Virus record (IMG/VR): IMGVR_UViG_3300021164_001175
Span: 1 to 64,000 of that record
Strand: one strand, 5' to 3'
Origin: a virus
Taxonomy: Duplodnaviria; Caudoviricetes
Length of the DNA stretch: 64,000 nucleotides
Part shown: positions 47,301 to 54,792 of the stretch, in pieces
Layout of the letters: every line of letters begins with the position of its first letter
How positions within the stretch are numbered: position 1 is the stretch's first letter
The notes under the pieces: generated by a model
What the model was told of the DNA's origin: nothing
What the model saw: the letters and a program-made list of their open reading frames with translations, nothing else
Database searches by the model: none
Program-made: the position numbers and the translations under genes

Positions 47301-47498
47301 TGCTGCCATTGCTTTCTTTGTTTTCTCAATGGCATCATCAATCGCACCAATGATTGCAGGTCGTTCAAATGGTGTGTTGTCTTGCACCATACCATCACCA
47401 TCACCATCGATTGCATCTGCATCAAATGATTGGTTTAGTGCTTTGCGATTGTAACGATTGAGTTCAGTTACATCTGCGACATACGACATGTTATTCAT
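41349..47498 (-). CDS. ~2050-aa polyvalent protein: three HExxH zincin peptidase modules, GNAT-like remnant, WYL domain, DEDDh 3'-5' exonuclease, C-terminal DUF5872-like module
   Basis: HEFGH (46689-46703), HEYGH (45612-45626, 44406-44420), each with downstream ExxAEA; RTFRLDKV WYL signature; FFDFETTG...WHSADAD; NYTKPALRERIK...PGQWSARKAQ. Confidence 0.85.
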   Translation of the reverse strand: MNNMSYVADVTELNRYNRKALNQSFDADAIDGDGDGMVQDNTPFERPAIIGAIDDAIEKTKKAMAAIGNAIGNDKKQNHRKRHKGMSNAEIVETVVPDTLEGLMAQFAEQAVVYLTTNPYRNKRGTVDRQAVIDYIQEQIKELTGRDMGNDIPFDFSPTKIRALRETLAKNLDESPQFRQLVDDFGMPPMFVFSDDVAAEFSGIYSSDFGIGYSQEGMKQNTVVKKISNVTFAKIMARLAPQHMSGGNKKSRRWVVQEGLRHTMLHEFGHHVGRTLGDMHKDSGDKRLKNLARYINSGEWSADGFKRFGTVGDIYSALLDNPDWDTAFHDRSDLPDEMPFVRTVYGETSPAEQFAEAMSALLSPEQSDDDLVSGGLKGIITELLELDSSRGLVEQLQEKQSYTPQARVEIQGFASRGNDVLTPAGNKDKWHPIYKTMDTAEMVEESIPTNFDEMIMKLVSDNQDDKVNEGLITPEKLMEFFGAKFGTTDPDELASFFDFQEVAQLRIGQKEILDNNPAFFRHHQMYGTPQTVMLSDAGLKRLEERGLEDFNGAYLGFKELNNGIIIYPPNYLTEIRQHQREGLIENAPPSRAQRLLSNFLRWKTKAPKGVEYTHVDGDGDGTVRHEYGHFIHTKLMRDMWNAGLGNSEAYNVVDAFMSETWEEFFQAVNMPDWEEQYKNRTKKLRNPDFPEANSMYGWTSPVEMFAEAYSAYTSPYEDEQALLSPGMKNAMDIVFGNDVAQDSVEQLNVGFASRGGTPEVEQEVTPFLEGRVTKTGWGIFTSTTTRKRSEIFANTSTEQKIAYAVPTSKEEYVMMAFDQAIEDAGIEEMFLKEGLKPGDIRKLIDLSDIDNPRAKRTWLVPLAVHVQKQIQQHPPDLSPEGVKQAQTILRDALDTSPALRHYAEKYGLPPLVMGSERSRNRMLLMHALTRDSGNDILSQLNNSFISKDIEATLDDPVRLEKVLGKMIASGDFPISAAYFPGIGQMQFFPGSKVHQNLVEGKRMNFGHIPQAGDHMILDSSPEATFLHEYGHYLDYKMNLAIERGSIDPESRAAKAWKLLHSDDTNVAIKSKRENPLWSTDKFPITDTKYGLTNTNELVAEAMSAILSGNPQALDVMNTPLKEAIYDLLDIPEFDAPGGKKQRRMPWIENFTPEPLVPRGFASRGGTDTTIPAQTVAGTKKRRGYKKLKPRYFETEDGEKLELYHTDSTTNTFMVRQSGRGVARVSVIEDSNGLPKLTVMNIQPGYDAAQIESELTKYVKEYFPNARPPEGKSRVAKKVNVPGFASRGDNEVPMEIDDEITPASIESLKTQLQRSLDDKKIATFMYNGQLRRVDVKNVYEKDGVSYVDGFDRVLGEGRTFRLDKVQKPKIIGTGPDAKMAEPPREPREPVSPYTGEAARLFEGATTYRQVLERLTKGELIFFDFETTGIENDANGIMTNGGKPVQMGIIRIVDGKVVERKNMYMNPGQALGGWSKDNLKRFDENGVEVPLTDEWLQQQPTVAQSMAEALDFIGENKILGGQYQIFDQRVMEEALKGTGLEGRWKPAGFIDSKGVIDHLYEKGDPDSPKSNRLGALADHYGVELTNWHSADADAEASWAIIEAAIRRAADREDSRTGAPVKRTLLDTGKTSGLHDNNHATWQSEHGEWTSTMIDIARLTAEAEKDKKPGFASRGTVDKPLDGRDLLARASKAAPITEANRKQAVLDAINDVRSRLTGDLREKYDEIVQKFDDHWNNFKGNDDVRNLVKAGVMTAQMAAKLQISQKLNIPLSSVSTTQVNALEGFVDSGLEDALRLGGIEMMGLLLKDLVANSIIDRERAKEIYDNVKEALAERTEAITKLGREMIGRMATSWEAISSRFKKRPKGFIPLDELDPDFGGITLSDTGRLVDIATKSLNAAPQWAELAVRDFTRHAPEQLTKSMNYTKPALRERIKNQVMAGSDGGKPGQWSARKAQLVAQKYRAAGGGYQGKPSKTQRSLKKWTKERWRTSDGAPAERPGGTRRYLPDAAWEKLTPEQRKATNRKKIEGSRSGQQFVSNTRNAAKAGRQARKG

Positions 47499-47582
47499 TG
47501 TGTGTCTATTGTAAAGTAAGGGTGCAATAGGGTATAGCAACTAAGTCTGATTGCATTGTCTATTGGATTACCTAGTTTGAGT

Positions 47583-47706
47583 GTTACCTAATTAGGTAAC
47601 GTCAAATGACTGGATAACTGTATCCAATTGGATACATATGGACTAGTGGTAATGGGGGCAACCTATGGGTATGCTGTGCCATTGCACATCTATTCCGATA
47701 TCGGAA
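47583..47706. repeat. Cluster of short palindromes in non-coding DNA
   Basis: GTTACCTAATTAGGTAAC (47583-47600), TGTATCCAATTGGATACA (47619-47636), TTCCGATATCGGAA (47693-47706), plus GTCAAATGAC and TGTGCCATTGCACA. Confidence 0.85.
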
Positions 47707-47843
47707 CGGTTGTGTAGGAGCTAAGGGTGTACCGGCAATCTAGAGAGAGGGTGTCGGGACTTTTTTTATCACCCCTCCCCATGCGCGCCCCACATGCGCC
47801 AAAAAATATGGGTTCCAGAAACCTGATTAGATTTATCCGTTTC

Positions 47844-48635
47844 CTACAGGCTGGTGGTGATTACATTCCCAGTTCTCTGGTCAAGTGGTGGTAGTTCCTT
47901 TACCACTAAGGCTCTCTGTAGCCATCTATCGGTTCCGTCGTATCTCGGCTGGAATGGTGCTCTTCCGTGTACACAGGCATGGTTGTTGATAACCAAGATA
48001 TCCCCTGTCATGAGGGCAATCTTTCGTGTAGCGAGTGAGATTGCTTTGTCTAGGTGCTCTAGAGCAAGTCTTGCTTGTGGAGTTGTGCCTTGCATGAGGG
48101 TCTTGTCGTAAATGAGCGAACTTCCATTGAGGATAGAAGTAGTTATTGTCCTATCCGGTTGTCCATCATTTTGGAAGGAAATGTCTAGGGAGGTAGTGAA
48201 GAGCTTCTCTCTCAGGATTTCTTTGATTCCGCCGCTGAGATTCCTCAGAATATTGGAAAGCGTTGCAATCGTAGTGAAGGCTTCTGGGTCACCTCGTAAA
48301 CACATCAGCAAAACATAGTCAGGTCGATAAGGATGGAAGGCTGTCTCTGTATGAAGCTCTAGTTGCACCTTTGATGACGTGGAAATCTGTTGATACTCGG
48401 TCTTGTGGTTAGGTACAAGATTCTGAATCATCATTCCATTATGTTCTTGCCTATAGCCAATCAAATGACCAAATAGCGCCGCTTTTTCTCTGAGGATATT
48501 TGTTTCCGGCAGCACGACATTGTCTGGAGTCATCGGAGTTGGTGGAACATCTTTACCCGTGAACTGGTTGGGGTACAACTCATATTCAAGAACATTGAAT
48601 TGATTTAGATTTAAATGAGTGGGGTTGAATATCAT
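47844..48635 (-). CDS. Fe(II)/2OG dioxygenase, clavaminate synthase / AsnO-like (TauD superfamily)
   Basis: LELHTETAFHPYRPDYVLLMCLR; INNHACVHGR; RYDGTDRWLQR. Confidence 0.88.
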   Translation of the reverse strand: MIFNPTHLNLNQFNVLEYELYPNQFTGKDVPPTPMTPDNVVLPETNILREKAALFGHLIGYRQEHNGMMIQNLVPNHKTEYQQISTSSKVQLELHTETAFHPYRPDYVLLMCLRGDPEAFTTIATLSNILRNLSGGIKEILREKLFTTSLDISFQNDGQPDRTITTSILNGSSLIYDKTLMQGTTPQARLALEHLDKAISLATRKIALMTGDILVINNHACVHGRAPFQPRYDGTDRWLQRALVVKELPPLDQRTGNVITTSL

Positions 48636-48794
48636 AAAATCGCTTCTATTTCTGTTTAGATTTATCCATTTTCGTAGATACTAGTACAGGTCAACCTTTG
48701 TCCCAGGAGGAAGTTACAGAAATACCGTACAGGGTCACTGCCCGTGTTTAACGGAGTTACTGCACTCTTGGCGAGTTGGTTGTATCGTAGCAGT

Positions 48795-49040
48795 ATGGGC
48801 GCAAACTTCAATTCGAGAGAACTCTACCCACTAGTGATACGTCAGTCTCGCTATTCAGGTGTGTACGAAGGCGGCGAGTGGATTGCAATCCCAAATTACG
48901 ATGAGTCAGACATTGCATTGAATGACTACCTACACGGAGACGACGACGACTTTTTTACGTGGGCAGAAAAGACGACATTTGGTGCTGGCTCAACTCCAGA
49001 ATCAGCCATTGCCGACCTGTACGAGAAACTGAACTACTAA
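48795..49040 (+). CDS. Hypothetical protein
   Basis: YPLVIRQSRYSGVYEGGEW; leaderless start. Confidence 0.55.
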   Translation: MGANFNSRELYPLVIRQSRYSGVYEGGEWIAIPNYDESDIALNDYLHGDDDDFFTWAEKTTFGAGSTPESAIADLYEKLNY

Positions 49041-49422
49041 TCACTATCTACGATTAGGTATATCTATTTTAGAGATACAAGTAATACTTGAATCATGTTT
49101 AGCGATAATGGCGGCATAATAATCGCATCATGTTTATATTTATCATCATCTCAGCAGTTTTAGCAATTTCGGGGTTTCATGCCCTGCTCATGAAGTCCGT
49201 AGAGGACTTTAATTACGGTGGCGAATCACCATCTACCGAATGGCGTGAGTTTGAGCGCCTGAAGAACGGCGTTCGCTTCTAGTTATTCCCACATATCCTT
49301 GTTTGGGAGTCCAATATCTTTGCGTATTTTGATAAGACGCGATATTCCAGATGCAGTAATCAATGGAAGCAGTAGAAAAAACGTGATTAATTTAACCGTT
49401 TCTTCTGTACGTGATTTTTCAC

Positions 49423-49668
49423 TCATTGTTCAATGAAAATGCACTCACCAGGGCATTCCTCTGCTGACTCAATGACATCTTCAAGCCTGTCGTCTGAAAA
49501 GGATGCTAATCCAGCTGCGCCTTCTGGGTTCCCCACAGCGGCCGCATAAATCTTGTCCCCTTCTCTTACATATGCAAGACCGTCCGGCATCATGTGAAAA
49601 ACATCTGGGGCTATTTCTGCGCATAGTCCGTCTCCAGTGCATAGGTCTTGGTCAATCCAGACTCTCAT
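49423..49668 (-). CDS. fdx: Monocluster ferredoxin (CxxDxxC...CP)
   Basis: MRVWIDQDLCTGDGLCAEIAPDVF...AEECPGECI. Confidence 0.9.
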   Translation of the reverse strand: MRVWIDQDLCTGDGLCAEIAPDVFHMMPDGLAYVREGDKIYAAAVGNPEGAAGLASFSDDRLEDVIESAEECPGECIFIEQ

Positions 49669-50123
49669 TATTTTTCCTTTGTAATTGGTCCACCAGCAAC
49701 CCATGCTCGGCATGTTCTCTTTGAAGCACATTTGAAGTCAAATGCCTCACAGTATCCAAGTTGGCCAGCAGCATCAATTGCTTCCCATTCATCTTGTCTT
49801 TCGCCACCAGTAACGCCATCATTAATGCACGATTTCATTTTTGGGGTCTGAATGAATACCGAACAATTTCCACAACGTTGTTTTTTGGCACTCGCTACAT
49901 CAACATCCCACTCATCTGCGAGTTTCTGCCAATAGTCGGCATTTGGTTCTGCTGGATTTAACGGACCATACATTGCCGTCTTGATTGCTTTGCCGCGATT
50001 GCGAAGATTGACTGCAATATCCTGGGTCGCCTTAGGACATGCATTGCCTTCTTCGTCGGCCTTTGTCTCAAAACGAAATCCAAGAATCTTGCCTTGGTAG
50101 GTACCCCATGTTTCAGAGCTCAC
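49668..50123 (-). CDS. Cys-rich phage protein (HiPIP-like Cys pattern)
   Basis: CPKATQDIAVNLRNR; RCGNCSVF; GYCEAFDFKCASKRTCRAW. Confidence 0.65.
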   Translation of the reverse strand: MSSETWGTYQGKILGFRFETKADEEGNACPKATQDIAVNLRNRGKAIKTAMYGPLNPAEPNADYWQKLADEWDVDVASAKKQRCGNCSVFIQTPKMKSCINDGVTGGERQDEWEAIDAAGQLGYCEAFDFKCASKRTCRAWVAGGPITKEK

Positions 50124-50124
50124 A

Positions 50125-50406
50125 TTACTCCTCGTTGTCTGGAATGCCGTTGCCGTTTTTGTCTTCAGTATTTCTGCCAGTTGAAATCATCAATCCAGCC
50201 AGCGTACCAGTAATAAAGGTTGCAACAGATGAGAGAACACCAAAGAACATCTTGTCATTCTCTGCTTGAGCCCCAATTGGCTGTGTTACGAACACGAGTG
50301 CCCATAGAACACCCACAGTTGTAATAAGTAGCACGAATCCAAGCATGCATCCGATAACAAATTTTAGTCGAGCATCAAGCTCTGCTGGTGTTAAACGTGG
50401 TCTCAT
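50125..50406 (-). CDS. Two-TM membrane protein
   Basis: Two hydrophobic helices; C-terminal DKNGNGIPD. Confidence 0.65.
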   Translation of the reverse strand: MRPRLTPAELDARLKFVIGCMLGFVLLITTVGVLWALVFVTQPIGAQAENDKMFFGVLSSVATFITGTLAGLMISTGRNTEDKNGNGIPDNEE

Positions 50407-50621
50407 GGAGCGATTGTCTCCTCTGTTGTTGTTTCTGTTACTTCGTTCGGGTCCCATCCAAGTAGCGTTTCTGTGCACGCGCCATCTACCTTGCATGCTG
50501 GTGGCTCACATTCTGTGTTGCCCCAATTTTCAGGGTCTTGGCATGAGTAGCGATACTTTCCGTCATAACCACAAGAAGCAAGAGCAAGTATGGAAATGAG
50601 GACAAGACTAAACCGCTTCAT
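50403..50621 (-). CDS. Small lipoprotein
   Basis: MKRF + hydrophobic core + LASC lipobox; YRYSCQDPENW. Confidence 0.65.
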   Translation of the reverse strand: MKRFSLVLISILALASCGYDGKYRYSCQDPENWGNTECEPPACKVDGACTETLLGWDPNEVTETTTEETIAP

Positions 50622-50880
50622 TCGCCTTTGCTTTCGCTGGGGCCTTCTTGTCAACCTTATTGAAGACATCGTTAATTTCAGAACTTGAAAGTTTCCCGTC
50701 TTCTAAAAATGCTCTAGACAACCCCTCAACTACGACTGCAACCCCTGCAATTCCAGCCATGAAGACAGCCTTGAGTACCGGAACACCAGCGATAGTTCCT
50801 GCACCGATAACACCCAAGCCAGATGCGGCAAAAGTAGCGAGAATTCGGAGAAGTACATTAATAAACAAGTCTTTTTTCAT
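50608..50880 (-). CDS. Holin-like membrane protein
   Basis: Two TM segments; DGKLSSSEIN. Confidence 0.55.
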   Translation of the reverse strand: MKKDLFINVLLRILATFAASGLGVIGAGTIAGVPVLKAVFMAGIAGVAVVVEGLSRAFLEDGKLSSSEINDVFNKVDKKAPAKAKANEAV

Positions 50881-50902
50881 TCATTTATTATCTCACAAAA
50901 TT

Positions 50903-50938
50903 AAAAGCCGCCAGCGAACTTAATCACTGGCGGCTTTT
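50903..50938. terminator. Bidirectional intrinsic terminator
   Basis: AAAAGCCGCCAG...CTGGCGGCTTTT. Confidence 0.8.
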
Positions 50939-50959
50939 ATAACCCGAAAAGGGAATTAA

Positions 50960-51388
50960 TTAGGCTTGAACGCCACCTGGGTGGGTGCCACGGAGGGTTG
51001 CAACGTCATAAACGTTGTCACCCGAGTCGGCAGGAACCATGTCGTAGCTTACGAGAACTGAAAGGTTTGCACCAGCAACAGATGAGCCAACTACGTCAAC
51101 ATCGACCGAGATGACATCGCCAGCTGCGAATGTTCCTGCTTCAACATCGCCGCTATTGTCCGAGAAACCGCTGATTGCGATTGAGGGACGATTTGCCTGA
51201 GTTGTGAACACTGTGGTTCCAGCGACATTGACGTCACAAACAAGGGCTGCACCAGTTGGAGCAGTCGTTACTGCGGTCGTGACTGAGCGGATGGTTCCAG
51301 CATGTGGCATACGAACTGCCGCCTTGCTGCTTGTTGCTAATACTCCGGTTACGGAGAGAACGATTGAGGCTGGTGCCGATGCTGACAT
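50960..51388 (-). CDS. Probable virion structural/decoration protein
   Basis: Beta-rich, Ala/Val/Thr-rich; TAPTGA...GDVISVDVDVVGS; AAGGAG RBS and its own terminator. Confidence 0.55.
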   Translation of the reverse strand: MSASAPASIVLSVTGVLATSSKAAVRMPHAGTIRSVTTAVTTAPTGAALVCDVNVAGTTVFTTQANRPSIAISGFSDNSGDVEAGTFAAGDVISVDVDVVGSSVAGANLSVLVSYDMVPADSGDNVYDVATLRGTHPGGVQA

Positions 51389-51456
51389 TTATTGCTCCTT
51401 GTTAAAATTTGTGGATAGCCAATAATAGCAGAAGGTTATTTACCCTCAGTGGACTT

Positions 51457-51906
51457 TTATGCCTTCTTTTCCTCTGACTCCATCTTGTAGATTTCATCGG
51501 CAATTTTCTTTGAATAACGTTTTCTGAGACCCCAAATCTTTTGGTTCATCTCAAACATGGCTTCTGTTTGGCGGGCTTTTTTCATTACATCATTGGAAAA
51601 TATTCCATATTTATTGAAAAGGTGATTATCAATATCCGAAGCTTCAATAAGGATGTCCGACACCCAGTTGGCACGGTTATCAATGGCGACCAGCATCTCG
51701 CACATGCCCTCGTAGCCGAAATCGTTATAGGCTCGGCTGACACTCATGTGGCAGTAGTTCTTCCGGTAGGTGGTGTCTGCATCTGAGGCGGTTGCAATAA
51801 ATTCAGCAATGAAATTTGTTAAACCTTCACGGGTCACTTCATTGAATTCCGCCGCACCGCTTTCCCAGTCCTCTTCCATCTCGCCATCCTGATTAAAATC
51901 ACTCAT
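51457..51906 (-). CDS. Hypothetical protein
   Basis: GGAG RBS. Confidence 0.6.
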   Translation of the reverse strand: MSDFNQDGEMEEDWESGAAEFNEVTREGLTNFIAEFIATASDADTTYRKNYCHMSVSRAYNDFGYEGMCEMLVAIDNRANWVSDILIEASDIDNHLFNKYGIFSNDVMKKARQTEAMFEMNQKIWGLRKRYSKKIADEIYKMESEEKKA

Positions 51907-51957
51907 GGGAGTCTCCGTTCAATTTCGGTCACTTGTTAATCATCTCACGATTTGTGT

Positions 51958-52980
51958 TTAAGCCATTGAAAGGATGAGTTCTTGGGCTGCTGTTTTCTTC
52001 TTATTGACCCATGAGTATGTATTCATGGAAGAAACAGCCCGTTCCTCTTTTGTCGCTTCTCTGTAGTGGTCTAGGTACTCGGTAATGGTGTTGTACATTG
52101 CCCAGCCGTTTTGACCCACTCCACCAGCATTCGTTTTCTTTGGGTACAAGACCTTCATGGCCTCAAGAATCAGTTCTCGATTCTTTTGCTGAGTCTTGCT
52201 CTCGTTTTTTGTCTGGGTGAACAATGTGTTGACAATATAGTCAAACTTTGCTGACGATTTATCAATTGGAATCTGCAACATCTTTTCTGCTGATTGAGCA
52301 AAGATGTGCGCCCATGATTTTGACAATCTCAACACTTCTTGTGCATCATTCACGATGAAGTCAGCATTTTTTGTATGCCTTGCAGTTACTTTCATTGATG
52401 CATCTTGAATAGCGGTAAAAACTGTGTTCTTACATACTGCACGAATTGGTGTGTTGGCAAATGTGATTGGTGTTTTTCCATCATGTCCATTACGAACAAC
52501 GATGTATCTATCAATTCTGTCGTTGATTCCATTTGGGTCAATATGAACAGCACCTAGGTCAAGTGTTGCAAAAAACTCACGACCGCCATCAAGGACACCG
52601 CATGTATCAATAAGTGCATCTCCCTTTGATGCCCCAACAACGGCTAATGCCCTTTCAAGTACTTCCCTATTTTGTTGTACTACGTATCGTGTCCCAACGG
52701 TTGATAGAGCATTAAATGTCCCATCACCATTAACACGAATTGTGGCTCTTGAATCTTTTACGATTATCGCAGAGCCATCTGGATTCAATAAAAAATTACC
52801 TTCAGCATCAACCACTGCAACACCGGCTGTAACAACATCAAAGTCAGCATTTGCTGCACGGAGCATGTCGGGGATTGTCTGGAGCCCCTTAACTGGGGTT
52901 CCCAGTTTGTGCCAAGGGACAGAATGGTCGGCATAAGCCATCCGTGCCTGCATATTCGTGATTTCAATTCCGTGTGCCAT
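51958..52980 (-). CDS. DUF932 / TIGR03299-family protein
   Basis: MAH...VPWHKLG; YVVQQN; NGHDG; TPIRAVCKNT; RHT; WAMYNTITEYLDH. Confidence 0.85.
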   Translation of the reverse strand: MAHGIEITNMQARMAYADHSVPWHKLGTPVKGLQTIPDMLRAANADFDVVTAGVAVVDAEGNFLLNPDGSAIIVKDSRATIRVNGDGTFNALSTVGTRYVVQQNREVLERALAVVGASKGDALIDTCGVLDGGREFFATLDLGAVHIDPNGINDRIDRYIVVRNGHDGKTPITFANTPIRAVCKNTVFTAIQDASMKVTARHTKNADFIVNDAQEVLRLSKSWAHIFAQSAEKMLQIPIDKSSAKFDYIVNTLFTQTKNESKTQQKNRELILEAMKVLYPKKTNAGGVGQNGWAMYNTITEYLDHYREATKEERAVSSMNTYSWVNKKKTAAQELILSMA

Positions 52981-52998
52981 CCCTATAGGATAGTGCAT

Positions 52999-53463
52999 AT
53001 GGGACGTCTATCTGATTTTGACATTGAATCTTTGGGAAAAACATTTGACTTCGAGAAGGATTTAGCTTTCGGTCAAAATGGTGAAAAATCAATTATTGAA
53101 TTTGCTAAAGCAATTGGCTCTGGTGCCGTTGAGGTAAAAACGGACAGATACAAGAACGGCAAAATGGTTGTTGAAACTCATCAGAGTCCAGGGAATAGAA
53201 AAGATATTGACGGGAAAAACATTTGGGTTCCATCTGGGTTGAATGTGACCAAGGCTGAATGGTGGGTTTACATCTATTCAGTTGACCAATCATTTGTAAT
53301 GTTCAAAGTGGACAGACTCAAGCGATACTTGCGAGCTCATCCAGAGATGTACAACAACAGCACGAAGCGAACAATGGCTCCAAATTCGGATAACCCAGCA
53401 CTTGCTTGGATTGTTGAAAAAAATGACGTCATCAACATGATTAGTTCAGCGCAGTACGACTAA
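52999..53463 (+). CDS. PD-(D/E)XK-like hypothetical protein
   Basis: DLAFGQNGE; VEVKTDR; PSGLNVTKAEWW. Confidence 0.6.
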   Translation: MGRLSDFDIESLGKTFDFEKDLAFGQNGEKSIIEFAKAIGSGAVEVKTDRYKNGKMVVETHQSPGNRKDIDGKNIWVPSGLNVTKAEWWVYIYSVDQSFVMFKVDRLKRYLRAHPEMYNNSTKRTMAPNSDNPALAWIVEKNDVINMISSAQYD

Positions 53464-53582
53464 ACCCTTTACCCATAAGGGTTTAATTGGATATTTTTTT
53501 TATTAAAAAAGGTTGTTGTTATGCTTTTTTACTGCGTATAGTAAATGTTATTAGAAATCACTACTAAGAAAGGCAGTTAATC

Positions 53583-53798
53583 ATGTCCGATTACACCAAA
53601 CTCAAAAAAGAAGGCTTGAAGCGTGGTCGTCCACGTCTTCCAGAAAATGAAAGACAAGAACGCAAACAACTTGTTCTAATGCGCGCAGAAGCACGTCGTC
53701 GAGCAATGCTTGTCATTTGCGACAGGCACACCGAAGAACTAAAAAATCAAGTTGAAGTTGAATTGAAAGAATTGCTCAAGCAGAGCAAGAAAAAGTAA
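53583..53798 (+). CDS. Small basic protein (AT-hook-like KRGRPR)
   Basis: Upstream AT-rich promoter (TATAGT) and hairpin 53461-53485. Confidence 0.55.
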   Translation: MSDYTKLKKEGLKRGRPRLPENERQERKQLVLMRAEARRRAMLVICDRHTEELKNQVEVELKELLKQSKKK

Positions 53799-54050
53799 TT
53801 ACTTCTTCTTCTTTTTGCCAAAGATTCGTTTCCATAACGAACTCTTCTTTGCAACAGCGATATTGATATTCACAGTCTCGGTAAGTTCTGATACGAACTT
53901 CTGAGCATCAACGAAGTGTCTGTCAATCGCGGCACCGTCAATGAAGTCGTCCTTTTTTTCAGCTTTTGGAGCTGTCTTTTTAGGGGCGACTTTTTTGGCT
54001 ACTGCCTTTTTTGCTGGAGCTTTCTTTACTGGTTTCTTGTTTGTTGTCAT
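53799..54050 (-). CDS. Lys/Ala-rich histone-H1-like small protein
   Basis: KKAPAKKAVAKKVAPKK; leaderless start. Confidence 0.6.
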   Translation of the reverse strand: MTTNKKPVKKAPAKKAVAKKVAPKKTAPKAEKKDDFIDGAAIDRHFVDAQKFVSELTETVNINIAVAKKSSLWKRIFGKKKKK

Positions 54051-54127
54051 AGGTGAAATACTAGCCACAGGCGAAAGCCTCGTAGTGGAACTACATCCCC
54101 TAGGAAAATTCAATATCATTTAGGCTG

Positions 54128-54778
54128 ATGGTCGTGGAAGACGACTATGTAGACGATGTTCAGAAAATGGCGCTAATCACTACGTCGTCCCAGTTGGCAA
54201 AAGAAGCCTCTGTTGCAGTTGAAGGGATTGGCGAAGACCTTGGCTTCAACTTTTTTGGCTGGGTTGGCGGTTCTCTGAGGATAATCTGCCAGATGAGTAA
54301 GCAAGCCATGAGGCAGACGCACCCAGATAGGTTTACTGCATCAATGAGCCTCTGTGTGGCTCTGAGGCGCTACTGGGGGGTCACAGACATCACAATGGTT
54401 GCAGAAGGCTTTATATCCCTAGACCCCCTCACAACGCGCGGGAAAGACCTTAGAAGGCTGTTCGCCAATACGGATGACATTGGGGAATGCATAACAATCA
54501 CCCATGCATATAGTGATTTGCGAACCGACCCACCAAAGCAGGCCGTGAGCCTTGTCGCCGTTCCGTACTCGTATGGATTGGGTCGAAAGATTGAGTGGAA
54601 GCAAATGCTGGCAGCCCCAGACGATGGAGTGAAAATCCTGAGGGAAAGTATGTACCCGCAAATGTTGATGCGAGTCCTCACCGAGAGGGTAGAGAAAGAA
54701 GTTCCCAGTGATGCACTTTATTCAATCATTGAGCAGATGATGGAAAATGGATTTGAAGTTTTTGAGTTTGAGATTTAA
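54128..54778 (+). CDS. Hypothetical protein
   Basis: 216-aa ORF. Confidence 0.6.
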   Translation: MVVEDDYVDDVQKMALITTSSQLAKEASVAVEGIGEDLGFNFFGWVGGSLRIICQMSKQAMRQTHPDRFTASMSLCVALRRYWGVTDITMVAEGFISLDPLTTRGKDLRRLFANTDDIGECITITHAYSDLRTDPPKQAVSLVAVPYSYGLGRKIEWKQMLAAPDDGVKILRESMYPQMLMRVLTERVEKEVPSDALYSIIEQMMENGFEVFEFEI

Positions 54779-54792
54779 TGTAAACTTTAAAT

